Of a stretch of DNA of 64,000 nucleotides, positions 39,394 to 47,953 are shown piece by piece. The translations under genes and the position numbers were made by a program. The first letter of the stretch is position 1; the number at the start of each line of letters is the position of its first letter. Where the stretch lies: positions 124,001 through 188,000 of the IMG/VR virus record IMGVR_UViG_3300027996_002186; one strand, written 5' to 3'. The notes below the pieces were generated by a model. It was not told the DNA's origin. It saw nothing but the letters and a program-made list of their open reading frames with translations, and did not search any database.

Positions 39394-40189
39394 TCTCAAA
39401 CCAAACAATTCGATTCTCGAATGTTGGTGTTTCTTTTATAAAATAAGTTTGATAATTATCTCCGTTATTAACATTGTTAACAACATTTAATCCTGTACAT
39501 CTCTCACCTTTTGGTCTTACTCCGATTACTTTACTTGGATTTATTTTACTTGAGTGTATTACTTGAGCCCCATTTATATTACCTATGATGTCATCATAAT
39601 TATTTGATAAATTAAAATTATATGATGTTGATAATAAGTATTCTACTATATTATCTCCTATAATAAATGCGGTAGCGGGACCTAAGTTACTTTTCATAGA
39701 TAAAACATTACTAATAAATGTCATCTTTGTGATTATTCTTCTGGAATCAGCATCTGATTGTTCATTTGTTGTTAAAAATTTATCATTTTTTAATTTAAGA
39801 GTTACGTCTGTGTAAAATTTACATTTTTTCATTGGTTTACTTGTTAAAGTATCCAATGTTGATATAATATCATTATATAATAATGCTTCACTTATGAATT
39901 TTTTAGCAGTTACATTTTGCGACATCATTCTTGTTGAGAATGTTCCAATTGTATCCAACCCATCATAAATACCTTGCGGTAACCAATCCATATCATCATA
40001 TTCTTCTTGTTTTTCAGCAAGAACAGAATTTATAGATGATTGTCTATGTCTTCTTTTGAGTTCATTCATTATCCACTCATCATCAGATGATAAAGTATCC
40101 GTATAATAAATAACACCCTTGGGTAAAGAGGGTTTATTATTTTCTGTGTAATTACATATCAATTTTATATTAGACAGCAAGGTGCTCAT
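39386..40189 (-). CDS. Second diverged, truncated major-capsid-protein paralog
   Basis: SRRIITKMTFISNVLSMKSNLGPATAFI aligns with MCP QRKLVTKIAHASNYIATEGRVGPAQYLI; IGNING..V and VIGVR..GL.VV also align. Confidence 0.6.
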   Translation of the reverse strand: MSTLLSNIKLICNYTENNKPSLPKGVIYYTDTLSSDDEWIMNELKRRHRQSSINSVLAEKQEEYDDMDWLPQGIYDGLDTIGTFSTRMMSQNVTAKKFISEALLYNDIISTLDTLTSKPMKKCKFYTDVTLKLKNDKFLTTNEQSDADSRRIITKMTFISNVLSMKSNLGPATAFIIGDNIVEYLLSTSYNFNLSNNYDDIIGNINGAQVIHSSKINPSKVIGVRPKGERCTGLNVVNNVNNGDNYQTYFIKETPTFENRIVWFEIS

Positions 40190-40937
40190 ATTTGTTTTTC
40201 ATTCCTATTTTTGGTATAGATGCGTTTGTTATCTTTTGTATTTCTTCTTTACTCATCTTGGAAGTTTTTTCTAATAATTGTAAAGTTCTTTGGTAATATC
40301 TATTATCAGGAGCCACTCTTTCATGGTATAGGTGATAACATCTAGCTTTTAATTCGGTGTGTTTCAAGAAGTGTTTAACTTTCATTGTTTGATAATCATC
40401 TTCACCACCCCAGCCTATAAAGTCTTCGTTCCACCCACCAATTCTTAATAAAGAATCTCGTCTGAAAATTGCTATACCTCCTGAAATATTTATTTTTTGG
40501 TTATCTGTCTCACCTCTACCAGGTCTATTAATATTAACAACCTGTTCCAAAGGTAGATTGGACTCCTGTGGATTTAGATCAACCACGGAATGATATGGAC
40601 TAACCATATCATATTCTGTTAATGCCTGGAGACCCTTTATGAAATCTTTTGGATTCATAACTAAATCAGAATCACCACAAACAATTATGTTTGAGTTGGA
40701 GTGTTTTAATCCTATATTAAATGCCCAAGACCTATTATAAGGCATTTTTGATTTTATGAAAATATGCTTACATCTTAAATTTAAGTGTGATATTTTTGAG
40801 TGTTTATCTTGTTCTACAAGAATAATTTCTGATCCTGAAAAGGAGTTAGCCCAATCCAGTGTTCTTCTTAGGTTGTTTAACCTATCTATTGTGTGTCTAT
40901 ATCCTATTATAAACGTGAATTTGTATGATTGTTGCAT
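40170..40937 (-). CDS. GT-A glycosyltransferase (galactosyltransferase-like C-terminus)
   Basis: YNRSWAFNIG, CGDSDL (DxD), GGWNEDFIGWGGEDD, YHLYH. Confidence 0.85.
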   Translation of the reverse strand: MQQSYKFTFIIGYRHTIDRLNNLRRTLDWANSFSGSEIILVEQDKHSKISHLNLRCKHIFIKSKMPYNRSWAFNIGLKHSNSNIIVCGDSDLVMNPKDFIKGLQALTEYDMVSPYHSVVDLNPQESNLPLEQVVNINRPGRGETDNQKINISGGIAIFRRDSLLRIGGWNEDFIGWGGEDDYQTMKVKHFLKHTELKARCYHLYHERVAPDNRYYQRTLQLLEKTSKMSKEEIQKITNASIPKIGMKNKYEHLAV

Positions 40938-40955
40938 TAAAAAAGTTATTTTTTA

Positions 40956-41025
40956 TTTATATAAACACTTATAGCTTTTGTTTTATAGTTCTTAACTAAA
41001 CATTATATAAATATTATTCTATAAT
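40956..41025. promoter_or_regulatory. Divergent middle promoters (AAAC-N18-TATAAA minus 40956-40983; AAAC-N18-TATAAT plus 40998-41025)
   Basis: Motif on each strand. Confidence 0.5.
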
Positions 41026-41042
41026 ACTTTAAATCTTATATT

Positions 41043-41447
41043 ATGGATAAAAAAGTAGGAAGATTTGAAAAAATATTTTTTCCTGAACTAAATATAAAAG
41101 TGGATTCTAAAATAGACACTGGTGCTTATAGCGTTTCTTTACACGTTGAGGATATCAACGAAGTGGATGGTAAATTATACTTCTGGGTTGGTGATGAATC
41201 TAATAAATTCATATATGATGATTTTAATATTATTAGTGTTAAGAGTTCTTTTGGTAAAAATCAAAAAAGATATTCTATAAAATTGAAGATGCATCTGGGT
41301 AAACTTACCTATGATGTTTTCGTATCACTGAGTGATAGAAAAAAAATGAAGTTTCCTTGTTTGATAGGTAGAAAATTTCTACATAAACACGGATTTTTGG
41401 TAGATGTGAGAAAAAAGAATTTACATGATAGAAATAAAAAAATGTAA
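41043..41447 (+). CDS. Retropepsin-like putative protease (RimK-associated family)
   Basis: SKIDTGAYSVSLH, LSDRKKMKFPCLIGRKFL. Confidence 0.8.
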   Translation: MDKKVGRFEKIFFPELNIKVDSKIDTGAYSVSLHVEDINEVDGKLYFWVGDESNKFIYDDFNIISVKSSFGKNQKRYSIKLKMHLGKLTYDVFVSLSDRKKMKFPCLIGRKFLHKHGFLVDVRKKNLHDRNKKM

Positions 41448-41964
41448 TTATTTTACTGGTGATAATAGCATCTCTGATGGTATTAAAGATATTGTTAATT
41501 TTTTAGAATTATCAGGCAGAAATTATTTGCTATTAACTCCACCTAAAAATAGTGACATTGATAAATCAACACAAACAAATACAATAAAATATTATTTGGA
41601 TAATCAATTACACTTTAATAACTTTGTTGAGTTTGTTGATATTATAGAAAATGAAGGCAATTTATTTAGGGTTGATTTGTTGGTTTTGGATTTTTGGCAT
41701 TTAACACCTATTGAGATATCTATTTGGAAAAAAGAAATTGATAAATTGGGATTAGACCATTTGATAATAGCTAAAGAATATCACTATAAATCTACTGATG
41801 ATGTTACAGACTATCATCTTAGAAGAGAGTATAAAACGGTTGGTAAAAATGAATTATTTATAACTGATAATATAAATAAATGGACATCAACTTTAGAATC
41901 TTTAATAAAATCTTATAGAAGAGATAAGAAAATCAATGATATATTTGGTGGAACTGATAATTAG
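41425..41964 (+). CDS. Hypothetical protein, possibly a degenerate RecA-like fold; C-terminal RDKKINDIF motif
   Basis: RVDLLVLDFWHL resembles helicase KIDMIVVDYITL; no Walker A. Confidence 0.55.
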   Translation: MIEIKKCNYFTGDNSISDGIKDIVNFLELSGRNYLLLTPPKNSDIDKSTQTNTIKYYLDNQLHFNNFVEFVDIIENEGNLFRVDLLVLDFWHLTPIEISIWKKEIDKLGLDHLIIAKEYHYKSTDDVTDYHLRREYKTVGKNELFITDNINKWTSTLESLIKSYRRDKKINDIFGGTDN

Positions 41965-41975
41965 CCCTATATTTG
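41944..41975 (+). promoter_or_regulatory. Bacteroidota sigma-A-type promoter TTTG-N20-TATATTTG
   Basis: Exact -33/-7 consensus, 24 nt upstream of ATG 42000. Confidence 0.6.
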
Positions 41976-41999
41976 TTATTAAATATAAACTAAATATAT

Positions 42000-43082
42000 A
42001 TGAGAACTAGACGAAAATTTATTAAACTAACAAAGTTTACATATCCATATGGAACCGAAAATCAATTAAAAAAATTCTTACCGAAGGGATATACAGAAGA
42101 TGAGCATGGTAATTTCTATTTGAAGATTGGTGATAAACCATCTACTATGTTTACTTGTCACCTTGATACGGCTTGTGCTGAACAAGAAAGAGTTAATCAT
42201 GTATTTCGTGGTAAGTTTGTTGGTACTGATGGGACTACAATTTTAGGAGCTGATGATAAAGCCGGAATGGTTATTATCTTATCACTTATCGAAAAAAAAG
42301 TACCTGGACTTTATTACTTCTTTATTGGAGAGGAAGTTGGGTGTATTGGTTCAAACGCACTTTCCGGAACTTGGTTAAAAACTGAATTCTCTGAATACAT
42401 TACAAAATGTGTATCTTTTGATAGAAGAGGTACTACTTCTGTTATTACAGAACAATTGTATGGTAGATGTGCGTCTGATGAATTCGCAACTGAACTTTCA
42501 CTTAGATTAAATAATGTTGGTAAATTTAATTTCTCACCTGATGATACTGGAGTTCTAACAGACTCAATTAACTTTATGGATTTTGTACCGGAGTGTACTA
42601 ATATATCTGTTGGTTATTATAATGAACATGGTGGTGATGAAATCCAAGATTTGGATTTCTTGAAGAAATTAAGTAAAGCTGTTTGTGAAATTGATTGGGA
42701 AACACTTCCAATTAAAAGAGATCCAATATCTGATTTTGATGATGATGATGATGATTTACATGAGTATGAAGAAGATGGTAAATTCTCAACAGAGTTCTAT
42801 TCATACTTTAAGAGTAAAGAAGATGTGAAGAAAATGTATATATCTATTAATCATATAGAATCCGAAAAAGCTGAAATACGCAATTGGTTATATGTGAGTG
42901 GTTCTTATCCTGGATTTACTGATATTTTATGGAATGGCCATAAATTAAGAGTTAAAATTAATGATGATATAGAAGTTGTTGGTGATAGAATTGAGTTAAT
43001 TGATTTGATGCCGGAATTAGGATCTGTTCCTAAAAGTCAATTAAGTGCTAGTGTTAAAAAATATAGAAGTATTGTGATGTAA
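42000..43082 (+). CDS. M28/M20-family Zn peptidase-like protein (paralog 2)
   Basis: CHLDT, LGADDKAG, GEEVG, SFDRRG, LTDS, NISVGYYNEH. Confidence 0.8.
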   Translation: MRTRRKFIKLTKFTYPYGTENQLKKFLPKGYTEDEHGNFYLKIGDKPSTMFTCHLDTACAEQERVNHVFRGKFVGTDGTTILGADDKAGMVIILSLIEKKVPGLYYFFIGEEVGCIGSNALSGTWLKTEFSEYITKCVSFDRRGTTSVITEQLYGRCASDEFATELSLRLNNVGKFNFSPDDTGVLTDSINFMDFVPECTNISVGYYNEHGGDEIQDLDFLKKLSKAVCEIDWETLPIKRDPISDFDDDDDDLHEYEEDGKFSTEFYSYFKSKEDVKKMYISINHIESEKAEIRNWLYVSGSYPGFTDILWNGHKLRVKINDDIEVVGDRIELIDLMPELGSVPKSQLSASVKKYRSIVM

Positions 43083-43607
43083 TCAGATTCTTTTATCTGG
43101 ACTTACAAAATCATTATAGGTGTCTGCCTTTACAACGAGGTAGGCATCTTCTAGTTCATACCAATTTCCTTCATCCACATCATCACCTCCTAATCCTCTA
43201 TTAGCAACATCATCAGTAAAAACTTTGAACTTATAAATTGAATAACCACCATCAAAATAAACAGCGATAACTTCATCACCGTCCTTAACAGAATCTCTTT
43301 CATCAGAAAGTTCTTTTAATTCATTAACATCAATTTCACTTGATCTTATTTTTTTGAAATCTTTTCCTAGATTTTGATGAACTTGTTTAGATATTAACTT
43401 AGCCATTTTCTCTTGAAGGTCACCCAATTCAAATGATTGTCCTGGTGTTATATCTCCTGATACTGTATCAAATTCTCCGTGTATATCAAAAAATAAATCA
43501 TTAATTTTATCTTCTAATAAATCTAATGTATATTTATAAATATCATCCTCTGTATGAGAAACCTTTTCAAAAGACTCAGTTATATATTCTGACCATTTTT
43601 TAATCAT
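43083..43607 (-). CDS. CTS-tagged acidic protein
   Basis: MIKKWSEYITE. Confidence 0.7.
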   Translation of the reverse strand: MIKKWSEYITESFEKVSHTEDDIYKYTLDLLEDKINDLFFDIHGEFDTVSGDITPGQSFELGDLQEKMAKLISKQVHQNLGKDFKKIRSSEIDVNELKELSDERDSVKDGDEVIAVYFDGGYSIYKFKVFTDDVANRGLGGDDVDEGNWYELEDAYLVVKADTYNDFVSPDKRI

Positions 43608-43756
43608 AATTTAGGGGTTTTATATTCTGGTTTATTTGCTATTATTAACATCTGTCCAGTTGTTAACTCATTATAATTCCAACCATTCTTTTTACAAAAG
43701 CCTATTATAAACCTCTCTCTTAGTATCGATTTTCCTTTATTTGCTTTCTTTTTCAT
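43604..43756 (-). CDS. 50-aa basic protein missed by the ORF track (MKKKANKGKSILRERF...PKL)
   Basis: Hand translation; ATGA overlap with 43607; fills the gap. Confidence 0.6.
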   Translation of the reverse strand: MKKKANKGKSILRERFIIGFCKKNGWNYNELTTGQMLIIANKPEYKTPKL

Positions 43757-43758
43757 AA

Positions 43759-44166
43759 TTAAATTAAAAATATATATATGAACACTTGTAAAGAAACACC
43801 AAATAAAACCATTGGTGTTTTCTTTTTATCTTGTTCTGAAGGTGGTAAATGCACATGTGTCTCTGTTATTGAATTTTTATCCAATTTTTTAATTGTTTGT
43901 TCAAATATTATTCTATGAAAATACTTGAACATAAAAATTTGTGCTATTATAAATGGTATTGATACCCATCCAATTGTATATGTTAATAATGTCCCAGTCG
44001 TTAATAACACTAAAAATCTTTGAATATTGAATATTTTTTTAGCACAAAATTCAGAACTCCTTTTATTTTTACTCTTGATATGTTCAAAAAAACCTTCCCG
44101 TAAACCTTCCGACATAGAATAAAGTATCCAGATTAAGTTTGTTATTGTTATTGCTATAAAATCCAT
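43759..44166 (-). CDS. Hypothetical membrane protein
   Basis: 3-4 hydrophobic segments; TTAATATATA (minus) at 44190-44199. Confidence 0.65.
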   Translation of the reverse strand: MDFIAITITNLIWILYSMSEGLREGFFEHIKSKNKRSSEFCAKKIFNIQRFLVLLTTGTLLTYTIGWVSIPFIIAQIFMFKYFHRIIFEQTIKKLDKNSITETHVHLPPSEQDKKKTPMVLFGVSLQVFIYIFLI

Positions 44167-44185
44167 ACTTATAAACTTCTGCTTT

Positions 44186-44217
44186 TTTGTATATATTAAA
44201 TATAATAACTATATTTG
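44186..44217 (+). promoter_or_regulatory. Bacteroidota sigma-A-type promoter TTTG-N20-TATATTTG
   Basis: Exact consensus; only 4 nt before ATG 44222. Confidence 0.55.
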
Positions 44218-44221
44218 TTGT

Positions 44222-44680
44222 ATGTTTGAAATAAAAGGTAAAATAGTATTCGATCCAATCGATAAAACTAAGAAGCACTCTAAGCAGTCTTCCTGGAAGA
44301 AAGTCGTTATGATCGAGTTCAAGGATGATACTTGGTCTTACTATTCTTGGTTTTTAAAAAAAAGATTTGGACTAGTCTTGAATAAACCACTTCGAGGAAC
44401 CCACTTTACTATTATTAACGATATTGTTGATGATGTAATATACAAACAAGCTAAGAAAATGTTTGATGGTACTGAAATAACAATTCAATACGATCCAACA
44501 AATATACGTTCTAATGATAAAGGTCACTGGTGGATAAAGGCTTATTCTGATGATGCTATAAATATAAGAAGTGTTATGGGATTGGGTGATCCTTATTTCG
44601 GTTTCCACATTACTATGGGATTAGCTACTAACACACAATTAGAACACTCTAAATATATTAAACAATATTTGAGATTGTAA
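44222..44680 (+). CDS. 2H phosphoesterase superfamily protein
   Basis: Two HxT motifs: GTHFTII and GFHITMG. Confidence 0.7.
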   Translation: MFEIKGKIVFDPIDKTKKHSKQSSWKKVVMIEFKDDTWSYYSWFLKKRFGLVLNKPLRGTHFTIINDIVDDVIYKQAKKMFDGTEITIQYDPTNIRSNDKGHWWIKAYSDDAINIRSVMGLGDPYFGFHITMGLATNTQLEHSKYIKQYLRL

Positions 44681-44705
44681 ACTAAAATAATAATACCACT
44701 ATAAT
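44679..44705 (+). promoter_or_regulatory. Putative middle promoter AAAC-N17-TATAAT
   Basis: Upstream of 44710/thyA. Confidence 0.5.
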
Positions 44706-44709
44706 CTAT

Positions 44710-45186
44710 GTGGTTAATAATCTAAGAAATATAATTATTGGTGATACCAATGTAGGAAAATCTACTTATTTGTATCAAATAGCAAACACATTAAATAAAT
44801 GTGGGTATTCGGTATGCCTTATTGATGGTGATGGGTCTGGTATATCAAACCCTATTGATAATGATGTTATAAACCTTGTGAATAAGAATGATGTTAGGTT
44901 ATTTAAGATGGTAAATAATATTGATGATATTGATGTTATTTTAATTGATGATATTGGATATTTATCTTCTGAGTGTATATCTGAGGTTTCTGATAGTAAA
45001 AAGGTTATTATATCAATTTGTTTCAAGGACTGGGGATCCAAACTGAATAAGTTTGTTGAAAAAAGTGAAATATTTAAATTGACTAAGACAACAATTGAGT
45101 ATAATAATTCTATTATAGATAGAAATGGATATTTATTACAATCAATAAGAGAAACAAAACTAAAATACTTATTAAATGAAAAATAG
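44710..45186 (+). CDS. Miniature P-loop NTPase (RecA/DnaB-like fragment) with C-terminal RETKLKYLL motif
   Basis: IIIGDTNVGKS Walker A, VILIDD Walker B; 158 aa. Confidence 0.65.
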   Translation: MVNNLRNIIIGDTNVGKSTYLYQIANTLNKCGYSVCLIDGDGSGISNPIDNDVINLVNKNDVRLFKMVNNIDDIDVILIDDIGYLSSECISEVSDSKKVIISICFKDWGSKLNKFVEKSEIFKLTKTTIEYNNSIIDRNGYLLQSIRETKLKYLLNEK

Positions 45187-46234
45187 TGTGGATAAACAGT
45201 ATATAGATTTTCTAAAATATATACTTGAAAATGGTGAATTAAAAGAAGATAGAACCGGAACCGGAACCATTTCAATATTTGATTATTCAATGACATTTGA
45301 TATGTCAGAGGGTTTTCCGTTATTAACTTCTAAGAAAGTTTTTACAAAAGCTGTAATACACGAGCTAATATGGTTTTTGAGAGGTGATACAAATATAAAA
45401 TATCTTGTCGATAATGGTGTTAATATTTGGAATGGTGATGCCTTTAAGAATTATATGAAGAATTCTAGTGAATTTAAGGGTGATTGGCCAGATACTATGA
45501 TTGATTTTATTGATAGGGTTAAATCTGATGGTGAATTTGCTAAGAAATGGGGAGATTTAGGCCCTGTTTATGGTAAACAATGGAGAAACTGGAAAGGTTA
45601 TAAGAAAGTTGTTAATGGTTGGGAACATAATTCTCCTTCTAGTTGGAAGGACGTTCCTCAGGTAGACCAAATAGCCGATTTAATAAGAGACCTTAAAAAT
45701 AATCCAGATTCTAGAAGGCTTATGGTCAGTGCTTGGAATCCTGGAGAGCTTGATAAGATGGTTTTACCACCTTGTCATTATGGGTTTCAGTGTTATACTA
45801 ATAAAATGACACACGATGAAAGAAGGGAATGGTGGTGTTCGTCAATAAATAAGTCTTTAATATATTCACAGGATATGACTGATGATATGTTAGATGATAG
45901 AGAAGTACCTAGAAAAAAATTGAGTCTTAAATGGAATCAAAGATCAGTGGATTCATTTTTAGGATTACCATTTAATATAGCATCATATGGTATATTATTA
46001 CACCTTTTAGCTAGAGAGGTTAATATGGTTCCAAATCAATTAAAGTTTTCTGGTGGTGATTGTCATATATATACTAACCATGTTGATCAAGTAAAACAAC
46101 AATTAACAAGAGAAACATTTGGTTTGTGTAAAATAGAATTAAATAACATTTCGATAGATAATTTATATTTTGATAATATCAAGATTATTAATTATGAATC
46201 ATCTGGTGTTATAAAAGCACCTTTATCAAACTAA
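45176..46234 (+). CDS. thyA: Thymidylate synthase
   Basis: DRTGTGT, FPLLTSKK, ELIWFLRG, LGPVYGKQWR, RRLMVSAWNP, LPPCH, QRSVD.FLGLPFN, HIY.NH. Confidence 0.97.
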   Translation: MKNSVDKQYIDFLKYILENGELKEDRTGTGTISIFDYSMTFDMSEGFPLLTSKKVFTKAVIHELIWFLRGDTNIKYLVDNGVNIWNGDAFKNYMKNSSEFKGDWPDTMIDFIDRVKSDGEFAKKWGDLGPVYGKQWRNWKGYKKVVNGWEHNSPSSWKDVPQVDQIADLIRDLKNNPDSRRLMVSAWNPGELDKMVLPPCHYGFQCYTNKMTHDERREWWCSSINKSLIYSQDMTDDMLDDREVPRKKLSLKWNQRSVDSFLGLPFNIASYGILLHLLAREVNMVPNQLKFSGGDCHIYTNHVDQVKQQLTRETFGLCKIELNNISIDNLYFDNIKIINYESSGVIKAPLSN

Positions 46235-46279
46235 TTTATTATTAATAGATGGGTTTAAAAATTAAAATTAAAAATATAA

Positions 46280-46774
46280 ATGAGTAATTTAGCAAAACAA
46301 TATGAATATTTAGAAAAACTTGTTGAACAGGTTAAAGATATGGATACTGATGAATTATCAGATGAGGTGGATAATGAATCTTCTACTAAGGTAATTGAAG
46401 AACAAAAGATATTTTTTTGGATTAGACTTTATTTAAGTGAGGAAGATCCTAATGTTAAAGTTGGTGATGATATCACAATAGAATGGGTACATACGGGTGA
46501 GAAGTTAAAAACTAAATTTGCTGCTTATGGTAAAGAAGGTGTTAATAAAGACCAAGGTGATGAAATGACAAATTATAACCCAGAAGATGATAAAAGAATA
46601 CTTTGTTTGATGATAGATACTAAAATGATTAACTTCAATGATGATTTACCTTTTATAAGAACATTATTTAAGACTGGTTATCATTATGAGTATCAATTAG
46701 TGAAAAGAAATGATTTAACATTTACTAATGATAGAAGTGGTATTATGTTGGATTATTTTGATTGTGATTTTTAA
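46280..46774 (+). CDS. Hypothetical protein (164 aa)
   Basis: ORF with A-rich leader. Confidence 0.7.
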   Translation: MSNLAKQYEYLEKLVEQVKDMDTDELSDEVDNESSTKVIEEQKIFFWIRLYLSEEDPNVKVGDDITIEWVHTGEKLKTKFAAYGKEGVNKDQGDEMTNYNPEDDKRILCLMIDTKMINFNDDLPFIRTLFKTGYHYEYQLVKRNDLTFTNDRSGIMLDYFDCDF

Positions 46775-46815
46775 TAAAAGTGTATTTCATACTTTATATA
46801 TACTTTAATTAATTA

Positions 46816-46860
46816 TATCCCGAAATATCAAGGAAACGAGTTTTTGGATATAATATATAC
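46816..46860 (+). promoter_or_regulatory. Late promoter TAATATATAC with upstream TATCC...GGATA dyad
   Basis: TATCC 46816, GGATA 46846; same spacing as the AATCCA box. Confidence 0.45.
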
Positions 46861-46883
46861 AGTATAAAAAATTATATTTTAAT

Positions 46884-47279
46884 ATGAAATATTTAAAGAC
46901 GTTTGAAAATTACTCTCCAGTAAATGAAGAGGAAGAAGGAATAAGAAAGTTCTTTACTGGTCATGACAGTAGTGATGATAGAGATAAGGCTATGGTAGCT
47001 TTCAATAAAGCTTTAGATGATGCTGAAGAAGCTGCAAATAAAAATCCAAAGGGTTATTCGTTTAACAGAGAACGTTTAGAAAAAGAAGCTAGTGAAAATA
47101 ACTATAAAGGTGGATTAAGAATCCAAAGAGGTGGTAGAAAAGACAGATCACCCGGTCAAGCATCCGCTAATTCGAGTAGAATGTACGTTGTTTATGACGA
47201 TGGTGTTACTGGATTTGTAGATGTGTTTGTAAAACCAGCAGCTGCTAATAGAAAAGATAGTGGATTTAATAGACCATAA
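46884..47279 (+). CDS. CTS-tagged protein
   Basis: MKYLKTFENYSPVNE. Confidence 0.75.
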   Translation: MKYLKTFENYSPVNEEEEGIRKFFTGHDSSDDRDKAMVAFNKALDDAEEAANKNPKGYSFNRERLEKEASENNYKGGLRIQRGGRKDRSPGQASANSSRMYVVYDDGVTGFVDVFVKPAAANRKDSGFNRP

Positions 47280-47300
47280 TTCATAAGGAGTTAAATAAAT

Positions 47301-47330
47301 AAAAAAAGGGACTTTTGAGTCCCTTTTTTT
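47301..47330. terminator. Bidirectional intrinsic terminator
   Basis: aaaaaaagggact/agtcccttttttt. Confidence 0.85.
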
Positions 47331-47339
47331 ATGCCTTTT

Positions 47340-47756
47340 TTATGATGCTGTTGATGATAAAATATTTTTATCAATTTTATCTAGTGAGTCCATACCAGTT
47401 TCATTAATCTTATCAAGTATATCATCAATCGAAGTCGTTTCTACTCGAAAATCTTCAAATAGGTAAGGTGTTAATTTCTCTACTTCTGGATATTTTTTTT
47501 GTGTCTTACCCTTAATAACCGAATCAGTTACATCAAGAACATCAAATTCAAATCCGTATTTTGTGAAAATATTAGCAAATGTATCAACTTTATAATCATT
47601 TAGTCTAATAAAGACATCATCATTTTCTGTGAATCCTACATATTTTACATCCTCAGGATTTAAACAATTAGTAAAGTCATTATATATTGGGTGTTTTACA
47701 TCCTCAATATCGACAAGTTTCGTGAATTTTAGTAAGTAAATTTTGTTAGCTTTCAT
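47340..47756 (-). CDS. Hypothetical protein with C-terminal DUF6576-like motif
   Basis: IDDILDKINETGMDSL...DK.IL. Confidence 0.65.
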   Translation of the reverse strand: MKANKIYLLKFTKLVDIEDVKHPIYNDFTNCLNPEDVKYVGFTENDDVFIRLNDYKVDTFANIFTKYGFEFDVLDVTDSVIKGKTQKKYPEVEKLTPYLFEDFRVETTSIDDILDKINETGMDSLDKIDKNILSSTAS

Positions 47757-47899
47757 AATAGTGGTTTTAATGAATATCTTAATTGATATACTACAATATA
47801 CGAATAATATATCAATTAACCTAATTTTTAGTAAGTTATTTTTAATATAATTACTTTATATATTGTCTAATAAATATACACATATTATTTCGATAAACA

Positions 47900-47926
47900 A
47901 AACATTTCATAACTTTTCTCTATAAA
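47900..47926 (+). promoter_or_regulatory. Putative middle promoter AAAC-N17-TATAAA
   Basis: Upstream of the PolB gene. Confidence 0.5.
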
Positions 47927-47953
47927 TTATCTATAATAAATTAAAATAAGAAT

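Noticed and set aside
47790-47825. Minus-strand TTAG-N20-TATATTGT as a third host-type promoter
   Set aside because: Mismatches in both elements; plausible but not supportable.
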